From positions 1,732,657 to 1,765,656 of the forward strand of contig RDEW01000005.1 of assembly GCA_011109175.1 (NCBI GenBank): 33,000 nucleotides of DNA, read 5' to 3'. The DNA is from Dicyema japonicum. Lineage: Eukaryota > Animalia > Dicyemida. Positions 11,436 to 23,821 of this stretch are shown here, piece after piece. Each line of letters opens with the position of its first letter. The stretch's first letter is position 1. A program made the translations under genes and the position numbers. The notes beneath the pieces were generated by a model. It was not told the DNA's origin and ran no database searches. It was given only the letters and a program-made list of their open reading frames with translations.

Positions 11436-12090
11436 ATAATTCATATCAGTGATGAAATTTATACTCTAAAATCTGTTGATTAAACAAAATAGTGGATAAA
11501 ATGAGTTATGCTGAGATATTATAATTAACGTGCCCGGTTAATGTTGGGCAAAATTCAGGGAGATAAGCCACTCATGTAAGAGAATGAGATCGTTAAGTGA
11601 AGAAACCATAAGAAAATTTTTATAAGGAATCTGAGTTGTTGGTTGTATATATTGATCACCTTACGGAACACTGAAATTTCTTGAAATCTTCAGAGCATCC
11701 CCTTGGGTTGGAGATCGAACCATATCTGAAATCCTCGCTAAGTCTGAAGCGATATATGTACGTCGTTGATAACATACTGTCCTATACAAACATAATCAGA
11801 CCATCGCTTTCGCCATAGTACTCACCCTACTATTAGACGATCACAAGACACGTCACCTCATGTTCTGGTCCGCCTTTGATTTCCGCGCCATCCCAGACAC
11901 ATCTGATCTGATCTTAGTGAGCGTCAATTTTTGTTGTTACTTTTATTACGGTAAAAATGATGAACTGTTATTTGATAAAATGTCAGATATACTAATCAAA
12001 TTATTAACAACATCTAACTAAATTATTGGAGTACGATTTATAGAACTAAATAGTTTTAGAATGAACTATGGTTTTCTATGAGATCAATTG

Positions 12091-12428
12091 AATTTATTTG
12101 GGCTGCACTACACGAAGAGTCATATTAGCTATAGCTCCTCCCAGGCACGGACACCACTTTATTTTAAGTTATCATAAAAGAACAGTTATCATAATTAATC
12201 GATGAGGGAGAACCAAGGAATGCTCTTCACTTCTTTATTTTTCTTTGTTGGGTGTGAGTCCTTTTTTAGAGAATCAAGTTCCGCAGTGAGATGTTACTGA
12301 TGACGGCGTCACTCGTCAAGCCAAAGCATCGTAGATTTGTAGAACCTTCAGCAGGAATAAAGAGATTCGAACTAGGGTCCATCAGGCCTTTTTCTGGCAC
12401 TCGTTACATTTCACCACCCTGATTGGTC
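12091..12428 (-). mobile_element. SINE family B, near full-length copy
   Basis: Head GACCAATCAGGGTGGTGAAATG, B-box GTTCGAATCTC, core at 12297-12317, 3' stem-loop and AAATAAAT tail. Confidence 0.9.
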
Positions 12429-12589
12429 TGTGATTTTAATTATTGAGGGTACAAGTGAACCAAATTAAATTATCTAAATTAATGAAATCAAGATATTTTT
12501 AAATGAAAATTAAAAAAAAATCTAGTAGGTTTTTCTGTGCGCAAAATCTTCCATAATAATATTCACATTTATCCACTATTATTTCAGTC

Positions 12590-13047
12590 GAGTGGTTGAC
12601 ACTCCTCTAATAATGTCAATCTTACTCAGTTTGTCTATTCTACCCCGTCTACAATTGCAACTTTCAACGTCAGAGGACTTGCTTCGAACACTAAACTGGA
12701 GACCTTATCCATGGATTTGGAACGATACCAAGTTAACGTGGCCTGTCTACAAAAGGTGAAGGTGAAAGTGGATCGGGATGTATGATGCGGAAATTACCGG
12801 CTAATACTACTATCGTCCGACTGTCTTCTCTATGGATGGGCTTCGCAGTTCATCTATCAATTGTGAATCGGCTACTCAAGGTATCGAGAGTTACTGACAG
12901 AATTGCTGCATTCAATTGGATATTGTATCGCGTAAAAGGAAATCGATTATGTCAATATTGTTGAGACGTGCAAGGAGGAAAGTTATATGGAGAAGACTGG
13001 TAGAACGGATGGTGAAGAGCACGACGCAAGCGGAACCTTAAGTATGC
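12590..13047 (+). mobile_element. Non-autonomous bipartite RTE-like derivative
   Basis: TIATFNVRGLASNTKLETLSMDLERYQVNVACLQ, GMGFAV-like and VTDRIA APE motifs, then a jump at ~12960 to the C-terminal LRRARRKVIWRRLVERMVKSTTQAEP*. Confidence 0.85.
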
Positions 13048-13759
13048 TTATGGGTAACTCGGGAGTGAATTTAACCACCTATTACTGTCAGTAGTCAAAA
13101 TCACTTTCCCGTTTTACATAAGCATTTGAGTAATTAAGGTTTCGTCTGAGCCATACTCCCAACCATTCTTTTATCAAAAATGGATAAACTGAGATAAAGA
13201 CAATAACATTGATAGAGAGGCTCCGGATAGCCAGTAGGTACGATATTATTATGGAAGCTCGTTTTAATCCTTGAATCAACGAATATATTTATTTTTATAG
13301 ATAAAGTAATCGGGGTATAATCTATTGCAGAGTTATTTTTCGGATAAAAGTTCCGAGTCAATTTTAATTTTTTTAAATTACTGAAAAAAACTTCCGTCTG
13401 AACGGTCTAATTTGTAAGTTCAATGAGGTTTTAGGAAAAAAACGAGTCATTGTTTACAATAATTCTATGTGGATTCTCTCATAGCTTAAAATTTTAAGAC
13501 TAGTTCATCCCCCCCCCCATTGCAACCTTTTCTTTAAACAAAAAAGTTTTGATTAACTCAAAAACTTCGTTCTTTCTACTGTTTCGCATGTTAAGGCAAC
13601 TTGATGTTCAATTTTCGATGATTGTCTTTTTAGTGACGTTTAATACACTTTCTTTGATCAAATTTTTCAAGATTTGATTTCGCTTTAAATTTTGAAGATG
13701 TCACCTTTTATAAAATCACAAATAACTGGTGATATCTTGTCTCAGGCAGTAAATGAATA

Positions 13760-13915
13760 ATAACACAGTCACAAGGGTCATAATGTAACCACGTGGCTAT
13801 TCCCTCTTAGGCTGGCAAGCGAGATTCGTTCAAATAGCCAGCAGCGTTCACGGAGATCTCTTGTGCGTGTAGAAATCCGATTCCCTAGACCAGTCATGCC
13901 CAAAGAGAAGCCACA
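13760..13915 (-). mobile_element. CRE-clade 3' fragment
   Basis: LGNRISTRTRDLRERCWLFERISLASLRGNSHVV* is the characteristic CRE C-terminus. Confidence 0.8.
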
Positions 13916-14119
13916 GAAAAAAAAGATTTTTAATAAAAAAAACTGGTGAAATTTAATATATAATTTTTGAGAAACACTAATTAAAATAAAGAATAAACCT
14001 TTGATATAAAAGGTATCAGCATCTTGTGTGAAATAAAAAGGTATCAGCATCAACGACCATGGGAATTTGATACATTTAATTTGTCGTTGACTATAACTTC
14101 ACAGTCCAAAGTTAATAAA

Positions 14120-14290
14120 TTAACTATTTAGAACAAAATGGTCCCCATAGACATGATAAATGTTGCGTTTCCTCTCACGATTCCAATGGAGATCAACTGG
14201 ATAAGCCTTGGCTCTTGAGTGTAGCTGGACGTACCAGCTTCTTAACGAAACGATTTCCAGCTTATTCCTCCAGTTGTCTCAACTAGTTAA
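14120..14290 (-). mobile_element. CRE-clade 3' fragment (different subfamily)
   Basis: VETTGG ... LIQLISIGIVRGNATFIM on the minus strand (ETxG and RGNA motifs). Confidence 0.7.
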
Positions 14291-14439
14291 TAAAATAAGT
14301 TAACATAATAGAAAAATTGTTAGTTGACATCTCTAGCAATGTCTTTATCTTACTTTTAGTCAATCTACTTTACATACAAAAAAACTAGCAGAAAAAATAA
14401 TAGGAGGTAAAAAACAAGCGAATCCCTATGTATTCATAT

Positions 14440-14685
14440 TTATTTTATTTATTAATCACAGGCTAGGAATCTTTGGTAATCCCAGCACAAACAGTCACAA
14501 CTAATTAATCCAAGGAAGGAACCCAAGGGAGAACGTCTGCCTATGCCGACCAAATCTATCTTCCAATAGTCTATTACAGGCTTCCGAAGAGAGGTGGAGA
14601 AGTTGGTCCTCTTTCTTCCATCCTACCGCCACGGACATTACTACATTCATAGGCGGAAGAGTTTTTATAATGGTAGTCTTCAAAA
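14440..14685 (-). mobile_element. LINE 3' end
   Basis: Ends in TTAATTAGTTG...TAATAAAATAAAATAA, the tail signature shared with other LINE ends and family A in this window. Confidence 0.5.
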
Positions 14686-14699
14686 GTGGATTTGGTCAG

Positions 14700-14955
14700 G
14701 GAGATGGCAGTAAGATCTCTTTCAACTACTGGGTCGTGCAAGAAGGACTCGTCGCTTCACTGTAGGATTTGTTTTACGAGAATATTATATGAGTACATCA
14801 CAAGAGGTGCATTGGGTGGTTTAAAAATCCAATACGAGGAGAAGTTGACCACGATGAAATGGTCTAAGGAAACTTTTCATGAGGTTTTGATAAAATTCTA
14901 TAGGCAAACTTTTTTAATTCATAAAATGAATCCGGAAGGGAATTCCAAGTTTTGA
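14700..14955 (+). mobile_element. Possible R4/Dong-like non-LTR post-RT fragment
   Basis: RILYEYITRGALGGL...KWSKETFH resembles the R.Y..R..GG.GL and W..K..HG motifs. Heavily decayed. Confidence 0.35.
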
Positions 14956-15589
14956 AAATGATGTCCTCAGGTTTCTCCAGTTTTATATCAATATTGCTGT
15001 TTTTGCATTCTACAGAATAATTCTTTTTTCAAATTCTTCAGAAAGACGAATAAATTTTGCCACCCATAAATCTTTACAAGTCCAATAGTTGCATTTCAAA
15101 CTCGGTTTGATTTTTTGCATACAAGATGAAAACCGATTGAGAACGTTCCCCCTCGAGAGCCAACGAACTTTGTTGATTGGAGAAGATCAATATACTCATT
15201 AAATCTTTAAACAGTCGATGGTTAAGTCCCTTAAATAAATAATAAATAATATATTAATTTTGATATAATAAATTTAGTAATCTTACCTTGCAATGTCTTT
15301 ATATCACATGATTCATCTATTGCTATCAAAATCAAATTAGCAATTTTTCAGGTCAGTAACTTGTTGAATAGTTACATTCAAAGACATCTTAATAGTCATG
15401 TCTGCTACTATTTTTGCAGATAAAGGTATATTCATATTTTATGGAATACTTTGGTGTCGTCTATTTTACTTCCAGAGATTAGTTAGATGGATACGGTGTG
15501 CCAGTGAATGTCTCAAGGAAAGGGGACGGGCTAGCGACGAAGCCGATTGTTTGATTATGTTCAAATAATATTGTAACCTGGTCAAGGAG

Positions 15590-16600
15590 GAAACTGCCTA
15601 CAATTGTAGACAACAGACCCAGCCCTTACAAGCAACTCTAAACAGTTTGTCGTAGGGTTTGGAAGTACATATTTGTAAATAGGCCTTTCTTAAATCCATA
15701 CTAAAAGGATTCTTTAGGTAGATATGGGAAGATCCGATTAAAGACCATTTTCTTGAGAATTTTTGACAATATGCATAACTATAGATATTGGTCGATAAGA
15801 GGGGACTCTTGGTTTTCAGGTTTCTGAACTGTGTGGATGTGGGCCAACTTCCACATTGTTGGATCATAGGAATTGATCTGGTCGCACAAGTAGGTTAACT
15901 TTTATCAAAGACAAGGGACCCTCGTATTTTTATGAGGTGAGTAGCTGTTCTTAGCGTAGAACTTGATCATTCTATCGAGTTCCTTTTTGCTGAATTCAGG
16001 ACTGTTTCTCTTCTCAAGGTTTTTGATTTTTGAGAGGGTTTTCTCCTTTCATCCACTTCCTTTTTTAGAGATGTTCTTTATTTCGCTATCCAGCACTCGA
16101 ATTCAATTACTAGGAATGGCCTTGGATGCTTTTGAGTCGATTACGTTCATTCATAATCTTCTTCGTTTAGTGTTCAAAACTTTCTGTTAACACGGGAAAC
16201 TACACTACCGAGTGAATTGAAACGTAGTGCATCGAAATCTGCAAAGTTTATGTCCAAATATTGAGCAAAATCTTTCACATTAACGGTTCTGTACTCCAGG
16301 AAAAAGTAACACATCCACGGAGAAGGTAAACTCCTTTGGGTGGAAATGGTAAAAGGAATATTTATGTTTAAAATTTTAATATTTCCCATGTTTGTTTGAA
16401 TGAAGATCCCAATGTATTCCACGGGAGATGGACGATCATAATGCGATCTCTCTTAATGACTCCTCCACAGCCAAGCTGGTGATCCTTCTTCTTGGATTGG
16501 GGTGAGCAAATGATCCTTTTTATTGTGTGACTAATTCCACAGTTAGCGCAACCAGGAACGGCAAACCACTTATTCAATCGATCTTGATGGAATTTGTCCA
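15590..16600 (-). mobile_element. Decayed APE-type LINE (endonuclease remnants + RT N-terminus)
   Basis: PTMWKLAHIHTVQKP..SYRPISI..SKILKKMVFNRI...YGFKKG across frameshifts (15680-15870). IKILNINIP (APE-like) lies upstream. Confidence 0.75.
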
Positions 16601-17399
16601 AGAGAAAAACGGGAAATTATAATTTTTATTTTATATATATTTTTTTAGTAAAATTTTTTAGGCTAGGTGTTTTATATTGAAATTTTAAATAACCAAATAC
16701 TTTACAAAATCGGCCCACTTGTCAGCAAAACTCGAAATAAATGACTTTAGATTCAGAAAATACTAAAATTTTTTCCTCAACCGAACCAAAAGAGTTCATA
16801 GAGAAACCCGATCGACTTTAAAAGGTTTTGATTTTCAAAAAATGATTGGCCAGTTCCAGAAAAAATTCCTCGCACCTTGAGCCAATTAAAACGAGATAAA
16901 GGGGAGTATAAGCTAGACAATAATAATATAACGCCTAATATTGAAAATTTGAAGAATTTACATCAAATTAATCCGAACTTGTTTCAGTATAAATTTAGAT
17001 TTCATTCCTCCTCTAAATTTCCGCTCCCCCAGAGTTTACTTATGCATATGAAAAGTATTCCAACCAAGAGAATTAAAATTTAACACTTTTGGCTTTAACT
17101 GGTTGTTGTGTTGCTTTTATAGTGTTTGAATAACACGAGGATAATAAGATAATGTCCATTTTTCAACATGATAATCGCTTAGTAACTTTGGTAGGCTAAA
17201 AATTTGCAATTTAACCTGTTAAGCGTCACTTATGTTAGTGGGCCCAGCCCAAATTGAACCAGCCCATATTTTAGTTTTGTTTAACGCCGCTCTAAAACCC
17301 GGCTTTAAACCAAATTACATCATATTAGTGGACTTGTGTCTAATTTCAAATATGGTACCCTTACGGCTTAACTTCCGATAGTAAGCTCCAAGAAAAATA

Positions 17400-17610
17400 A
17401 CTGTGAATTTCACGCCTCTTTCAGAAGTGAAGTTAAAAGGTACTCTTTTTTCCCCTGAAGACCAACCGGAGATGTAACCATTGTATCGTCGCTGGATGAT
17501 TCGTCATTGATTTCTGATTCATCACTTTCATTTTCAAAATCGCTAAAGTAACTTAATTCGTAAAAAAATATCTTGCTCAGGTAACTTCGGTCTTTTTGGT
17601 CAGACGCTAA
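17400..17610 (-). mobile_element. Possible piggyBac-like transposase N-terminus remnant
   Basis: PKRPKLPEQDIFYELSYFSDFENESDESEINDESSSDD: a basic-then-acidic N-terminus as seen in piggyBac transposases. No DDD core or paired TIRs found. Confidence 0.3.
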
Positions 17611-17862
17611 TTATGAGTTGACACAAAATAACAAAATAGTTAAAATATGTCGGAAATATAATTTTTCCGGTAAATTTTAGATTGAAATTTTGATTTTTTT
17701 AATAAAATAATTGAAAAAGATTAGTAAAAACAATTTTAGAATTGACCATTTTCTTAGGAAAATTGCCTTTTTGAATTACTGACGTGAACTTTTAGCCATA
17801 AATTGCCCAATTTATGGGTTGGCCAATTAGGGGAATAAAACCATCAAGACTATTGTATTATT

Positions 17863-18000
17863 GCACTGGCGCCAGCTGGCAATGGGCGCCATATGAAACA
17901 GTGAATCGCATGATGCCACTCTACTAGGAAAGGAAAGAGGAGGAACAAACAAAACAAACTGAAAACTCAACCAATTAGCCACGTACCACCACATGGCGCA
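17863..18000 (-). mobile_element. Family A, 5' half (diverged)
   Basis: The reverse complement reads GCGCCATGTGGTGGTACGTGGCTAATTGGTT...TAGAGTGGCATCATGCGATTCAC...TGGCGCCCATTGCCAG, matching ~119-240. Confidence 0.85.
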
Positions 18001-18149
18001 ATAAATATAGATGCTAAAATAATAAAATCTTTTATGGATAAAATCGACTTATATTATGTCACAGTCCAGATCTGTGACGCCAGAGGTGCCTGGTCAATGC
18101 TCAAAATACGAAAAAGTATTTTTTCAGAAAACATTTCATTGGAAGAAAT

Positions 18150-18850
18150 TATTAATAATAGAAAATAAACTTATAATTATAAAATAGCTATTTCCTCTCA
18201 GGATGCTCAAATAACCAGCAGCGCTCAGGAGGGTCTCCTGTTCGTAGTGATCCGATTCCCTAGACGACTCAAGAATTCCAGCGTGCAGGCGCAAGGGAAC
18301 CAGACGTCTCAACGGCGAGTGAACAAACAAAAAATCCTTGGGTAGGACGGCGTACTTTTTCCGTTTCAGCTTTACGGCTTTCTCAGCGACAGAACAGGCT
18401 CCAGAGCACTCTGGAGTAGGTTGCAAAGGGAAAACGTGTCGGTGCAGGTAACATCCCAGACAAGAGGTTTCCCGACATCAAAAGGGAAGATTGTCATCCC
18501 ATCTGGTCGTGTCTTGTCACGCCTGTAAAGACAGACTGGTTCGATTATGGAGGGTTGACAGACGGAGTCCATAGCTCGCCTAACGACATCATTCAAGGCC
18601 ATGTTTCTGGGAAATCTACCTGCACTCTTCCTGCAGGAAAGAGGGTGTAGGACAAAACAGTCGATCTGGTCTCCGCATCGGTACGGATGTGGAACACAGA
18701 ATTTTAAATTCAGTCGCAATGAGATCCCAATACGGACGCATTCATCATCCTGAAAGATACCCAAAACTCCATTGGGAATGGCGTTGAGCCAGGCACCGTT
18801 CTCGGAAGACGCCCCCGACAACAAACAGGAACGACGATGTTGTCTAGATT
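18150..18850 (-). mobile_element. CRE-clade retrotransposon: C-terminal zinc knuckle + restriction-like endonuclease
   Basis: GAWLNAIP, RIGISLRL, CVPHP.RCG...HPLSC, RPDGMT.FPF..GKPLVWDVTCTDT, then K..KY and LRGN. Confidence 0.92.
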
Positions 18851-18852
18851 AC

Positions 18853-20200
18853 ACTAGCAAATCTTCCATAAATACGTTGAATGACAGGGGCTTAAAATAG
18901 ATCCCTGCGGCACTCCCCTTTTAAACGATATACCATCAGAATATCTTCCACCGACTACCACATAAGATATCCTCCCAGTCAAATAGTCTTTCAACCATAG
19001 GAACATTTGTTTATCTTTGATTGTACAAGTTGACAAAATAAGGCTTCGTGCCATACACTGTCGAACGCCTTTGAGATGTCAAGGCAAACAAGGCTTAACT
19101 GACTTTTCTTCTCAAATGCATTTGTAGTTTCGTAATTTAGTGAGTAAATACAATTTCCGCACTATCTTCCAGGACGAAAACCCCATTGGTAAGGTCGTAG
19201 AAAATTACTCTCTTCTATATGCCGATTCAATCTCTTGAATATCCGTTCCATAATCTTTGATGTAGAACATTAAGGCTTATTGGTCGATAAACTAAGGATC
19301 CTTCCTCGACTTTCCAGGTTTGAGGATCATCTTCACAATAGAACGCTTTCCATAGCGGAGGAACATGTCCGAGCTTAAAACTCGAGTTATACATTTTTTG
19401 TAGAACAAATAGTAGTTCATCGGACCCTTCTTTAAACATAGTCATGGAATGCTGTCGAATCCAGGAGACTTGTTCTTGCACTTGCGTATAGCAGTTCTAA
19501 CTTCAATCAGAGTGATTTCCTCTCCCAGGCTTTCCAGCTCGCCCACAGAGTAATCCCTAAAATTAGATATCTCCTCTGAAAACTTCTCAGGTATAATACT
19601 AAGAGGATCAACTCCCTGTATATCCTCGAGCTGCTTCCTGAACACTAAAGGTACTCTTTCCAAAAGGATTGTCCTTCCCTCATGATCGACCAGCACAATT
19701 CTCTTTGCCTTTAAATTTCCATTAGTAAGCCTTCTTTACATTTTCCAGAAACAAGACTTCTTCCAGTTAACTTTTGAGGCTGCATTCTTCAGTTTATTCT
19801 CCGAACTACTTTCCATGCTCTTTTCTAATAATTTTTGAATCACAGTTGTCCTGTCCCACAAATCTACACATCGTCTAAGCTTCGCATTTAGAGTATTCTC
19901 TTGCGAATAAGACTCCGTATTATTGGTGGGCAAGACTGTTTGTTGTTCGAAAAACTCTTGGAATAGACCTTCTTTCCATACAATCGCAGATACAAGCATA
20001 ATATAAGATAGTTCCCAGTTAAAAACGTCCAGCTCCTCAGGTGTAGAAAAAGAATTAGTCCTCATTCGTAAGGTCTTCGACAAATAATAGCGTAATGTCT
20101 CCAGTCTATCGACGAGGTATCATAATACATGAAAATATCTTCAACAATATTCGGCTCCAGGTTTATAGTCACCTCCTGTGGATATATCGCTATATCCCAA
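18853..20200 (-). mobile_element. Decayed APE-type LINE RT region (3'-truncated)
   Basis: KSPGFDSIP, GHVPPLWK, YRPISL, CLDISKAFDSV, WLKDYLTGR and GVPQGSILSP, in order across frameshifts. Confidence 0.92.
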
Positions 20201-20227
20201 AGTAATCTCCCTATATACCAAAGTATA

Positions 20228-20450
20228 CCCACACACAAGAAAAGAAGTGAAGATCATTCCTTGGTTCTACGATTAGTTAAAATTAACTGTTCTTAAATAG
20301 TGTGTGTCCTGCCTATGAGCTATAAATTATGGCTCTCGTGAAAAGACNTTGGTTCTACGATTAGTTAAAATTAGCTGTTCTTAAATAAAGTGTGTGTCCT
20401 GCCTATGAGCTATAAATATTATGGCTCTCGTGAAAAGACTGTTATTATTA
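20228..20450 (+). mobile_element. SINE family B 3' half, duplicated across a single N
   Basis: AAGAAGTGAAGATCATTCCTTGGTTCT...GTGTGTGTCCTGCCT..GAGCTATA..TATGGCTC. 20261-20347 is repeated at 20349-20439 around N20348. Confidence 0.85.
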
Positions 20451-20689
20451 TTAGTTGCTTTCATCGTAAAACCGTTTGCTCCTTTAAATATCAGTAGATA
20501 CAAAATAAGATATGAATTTGACAATGTAAGTTGGTTTGAAGCACAAAAATAAGCAGAAACATCGCACAAATTTTGCAGGACAGAACATAACGAATCCGTG
20601 AAGCTGCAATGTAAAGCAATAGATGCTATATTTTCCTTGCAACACTTAATGTTTGGTGGCGAACCAGGTTGATAATAATTTATTTTAGA

Positions 20690-22730
20690 TGAGCCAGCTC
20701 CTTTCTTTTCGATCATTCTTCCTCTTCGCGATGAGCGAACCGATCTTGTTTAGCAGGAGCAGTTACCTGCTTCCTATAATTCCTGACGTTTCCACTACCA
20801 CTGGTTTGAAAATGAACTGTCCATCAAAAAATGCGTATTTCTTTAACTTTAAGGTCTCAGCCTTCTCTGAAGCAGAGCCTGGGTTAGTTGCTGTCGATGT
20901 AAAGTTGGAGGGAGAAAGGCTATCGACACAGGTGATGTCCAGGCAAGGTATCTACCACTTTCCCATGGGAAGAGAGTGGTTCCGTGGCTTGAGCAAGTTA
21001 AGCGGCTCCAATTGGACAGGAAATCCAGCAGCTTTAAGTCCCCAAGCAATGACTCCGTTGATTTCGACGTGTCTAGGACTCCTTCCAGCACTCCTCCGGC
21101 ATGAAAGAGCATAAAGACCTTTCGCGTCAACAATCCCTTCACATCTACACCGATGGATTGTGTAAACATCTATTTAGAGGCGGATAGAGACCCCAATCCT
21201 CATCGTGTCGTCATCGAATAGTGTCCCAAGTGAAGTACATGGTAATGCTCTGAGCCAGGTTCCTCTCTCGTTCGTCGACGCAGAAACCAGACAAGCCAGA
21301 CGATGCTGATCAAGCACAGGTTCTATCTCATCTATGATCTTGAGCACAAAAGCTTGTCCATTCTCGTTGTTTATTACCGTTCTTCGGGAATCATACACTC
21401 AATTGCTTCCAGACTGCCCGAGCCATGCATACCACTAGTTCAGCGTCAGATCCGTTAATGTAGAGTAGGATCTGGTGTGAGACCATTGGAAGTATATGTT
21501 GAAGATAGAAAGGCCGGGAGGGTGAGTTCTAGTATGACCGTATTCCGATTCCTCCTTAGCGAAGAGGTAGTTTGCATTGGATCCAGCCAGCTTTATCAAA
21601 AAAATGTTGAGCGTTTCTTCAACGGCAGTCCTCAGCTTCTCGTCGATGGCTCTCAAAAAGTTCATGTCCGTGAAACATGTTGCTGTCCGTAGAAGAAAAA
21701 GGAGTCGTGGTGGCGTAAGGTGAAAATTCCTGAGGAAGAATAAAGACATGTGAGAGTCCAGGGTTGTAAATTTAATGTGAATTATTCGAGTGATGTATTT
21801 TTCTTTTCCAGGAGAGATGACATATTATTGCAGTATAGAGGAGAGCCAAGAAAAAATGCATTTTCGATTTGGGTGACCGAAACATCGTGGAGATAAGTAG
21901 AAATAGCAGCCACTGCACGGCTGAAGTCTTCCTCTTCGCAAGCAACGTTTATAATTTCACATTTATACGGGTTCGGTTACAACCCAAGTACCGCAAGTGT
22001 ACAGATGGTGGACTCGACTTCCAGCACCACAAATTCCAAATTACCTCCGACGGTAGCGTCGTCCAGGTACCATAGGTTCAATGTAGTTCGCATCGTCGAT
22101 GCTGCACAGTCAATACCCAAGGCGAAGAGCAGGGGCCAAGGGGGTCACCTTGTTGAACTCCAGTCTTGGATTCGACGAGCATTCGTAGTGTCTTGGTGGA
22201 CTGGTAAAAAAGTTCCTGATTGAATAGATTACTGCCACGCATCAATGAGGAATTCCAACCCCAAGTTGAATAGGGCTCAGTTGGGGACTTAGAATCTTGC
22301 TTGCTGCTCTGGCAGCAATTTCCGACGTCAGGCGCCTGAATACGTTGCCTATAGCGATGGATTTTTACCCACTACTAGGATTTCTGAAGGTAATCAGTTT
22401 GGATCAAAAAAGGAGTCCTCTGACATAGTCGAAGATATCAGCCCGAAGAATGCTGTCTGTAAGGGTCTTATTGAGTTAATGAGGAAGTTCCAAATATCGG
22501 CGGTTGTGGAAGAAATAAGGTCTTTCATATGGCTCGGACGTAGGCCGTCCAAGCCAGACCTTGTCATTGAGCGTACGCAGGGCACCCCGAATGTCCCCCA
22601 TCACCTTATTCACTTCCTTGCGTACATCCCACTTGGTAATTGAAAGAAAGGAGGCAGCTGTAGACGCGTCGACGTTGGAATCCTGATTGGGATAACCCTC
22701 TCCGACACAAGCCGATTCAAACTGTTCTCA
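20690..22730 (-). mobile_element. Decayed CRE-clade retrotransposon (N-term, RT, RLE)
   Basis: RIPTSTRLQL, SGLDGLRPSHMKDLISS, IAIGNVFRRL, TGVQQGDPLGP, WYLDDATVGG, PPRLLFLLRTA, GTWLRALP..SLGTLFDD..RIGVSIRL, DITCVD and VETSG. Confidence 0.93.
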
Positions 22731-22731
22731 A

Positions 22732-23165
22732 AGGGAAAGATTGTAAAAAAGAGTGCAGTTTCATCCATGCTTAGCAATACGTCAGGGTAAACTTTTTTTA
22801 ACTTATCAAACATATTTTGTCAATTCAAATTAATTTTACTTTGTGTTAAGCTGTTAGCTTCTCCATGAAGAACCTTTAGTTTGAATCTTCTTTAAATCTG
22901 TGTAGCCTTTACTAAATCAAGATCATTGATTACAAGCTTCACCAAATACTTTAGCTTTCGAAATGATGATATCTTAAGTAATAAAACCATTGATTGCATC
23001 CATCCTTGAAATCCATTCATCAAGTGAATTATAAAGCTGATGATGTTTGCCACCGTCTTGACTTATTAACCATAGTTTCACAGTTTCCCCATTTTTCACG
23101 ATTTTTAAGAATTCCCGAGAGTGTCGTAATTTCCAAATGATGTTGCTTGTTTGAATAAACTGGAA
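22732..23165 (-). mobile_element. Tigger/pogo (CENP-B-like) transposase fragment, truncated by the CRE element
   Basis: ITTLSGILKNREK, LYNSLDEWISRM..INGFIT.DIIISKAKVFG (Tc5-type HTH), LKVLHGEA and MDETALFF (first D of DDD). Confidence 0.85.
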
Positions 23166-23409
23166 AAGAAAATGAAAATATATATTAGATAGTGATAAAT
23201 TTTTACTGAATATTTTTGTTTTTTAGTTTAGAGTGTCATGTCTCCACATCACAGATCTAGGAACCAGTTTTTTTCATTTTCTTTTGTTGTGGGCTTTCTT
23301 ATGGGATAATTTTTATTTGAAAACCGAGGATCATTATTAAGGAAAAGAAATTGCGGCTATTTAGTGATTCTGACTACCCTTAACAACCACCTCATTTTCC
23401 TCAGTGTTT

Positions 23410-23820
23410 TTTAACATGATTCCACGTACTTCCTGTAGACTCGTGCTAATAGAAAACGTTCAAGTGAGATGAACTTAGCATCAGTTCTCTTCTTTAGGGC
23501 CTTGAAGTGAGTAGGGTCTATAAGAGGAAGAAAACTTTTTATGAGCTCCAATACTAAGTATTGGAAGGCTTCGCTTTTCTTTAAATGCGTTTTTGTGAGG
23601 TTCGTACAAAGAAAGCGAATCATATTGAAAATTAGTTTCTTAAAATTTTCGCAGATAAACAGAAAGGGGATATGTGCTTATAAGAGGAGGGAAAATTCCT
23701 TTGGTCTCCCAAGCTTCAGGACCAACCGTATCTCGGATAACTTCCGACTGATGGATTAGTTGTATATCTGTGTTAAAGCCATAAGAACAAAGGGACCCGA
23801 GTTTTTAAGTATTGAGAGGG
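23410..23820 (-). mobile_element. Decayed LINE RT N-terminal fragment
   Basis: LKNSGPFVLMALTQIYN.SI ... LGRP ... SYKHISL..SAKILRKLIF, a degenerate form of YRPISL/AKILEK. Confidence 0.6.
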
Positions 23821-23821
23821 T

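Noticed and set aside
11640-11930. GC-richer island between two SINE B copies
   Set aside because: Probably a TE remnant, but no motif could be assigned with confidence.
12280-12335. Hammerhead ribozyme on the antisense strand of family B (CUGAUGA present)
   Set aside because: No GAAA follows the putative stem II in any copy, stems I and III cannot be formed, and the motif is antisense to the tRNA-like promoter.
15660-15710. LTR/DIRS-type RT motif SMDLRKAYLQI in ORF 15598-15867
   Set aside because: An alternative frame gives LINE motifs (YRPIS, SKIL, YGFKKG) in the correct order, so this match is coincidental.
20689-22223. Plus-strand ORFs (20689-21114, 21477-21692, 21869-22075, 22005-22223)
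   Set aside because: They are antisense shadows of the minus-strand CRE coding sequence.
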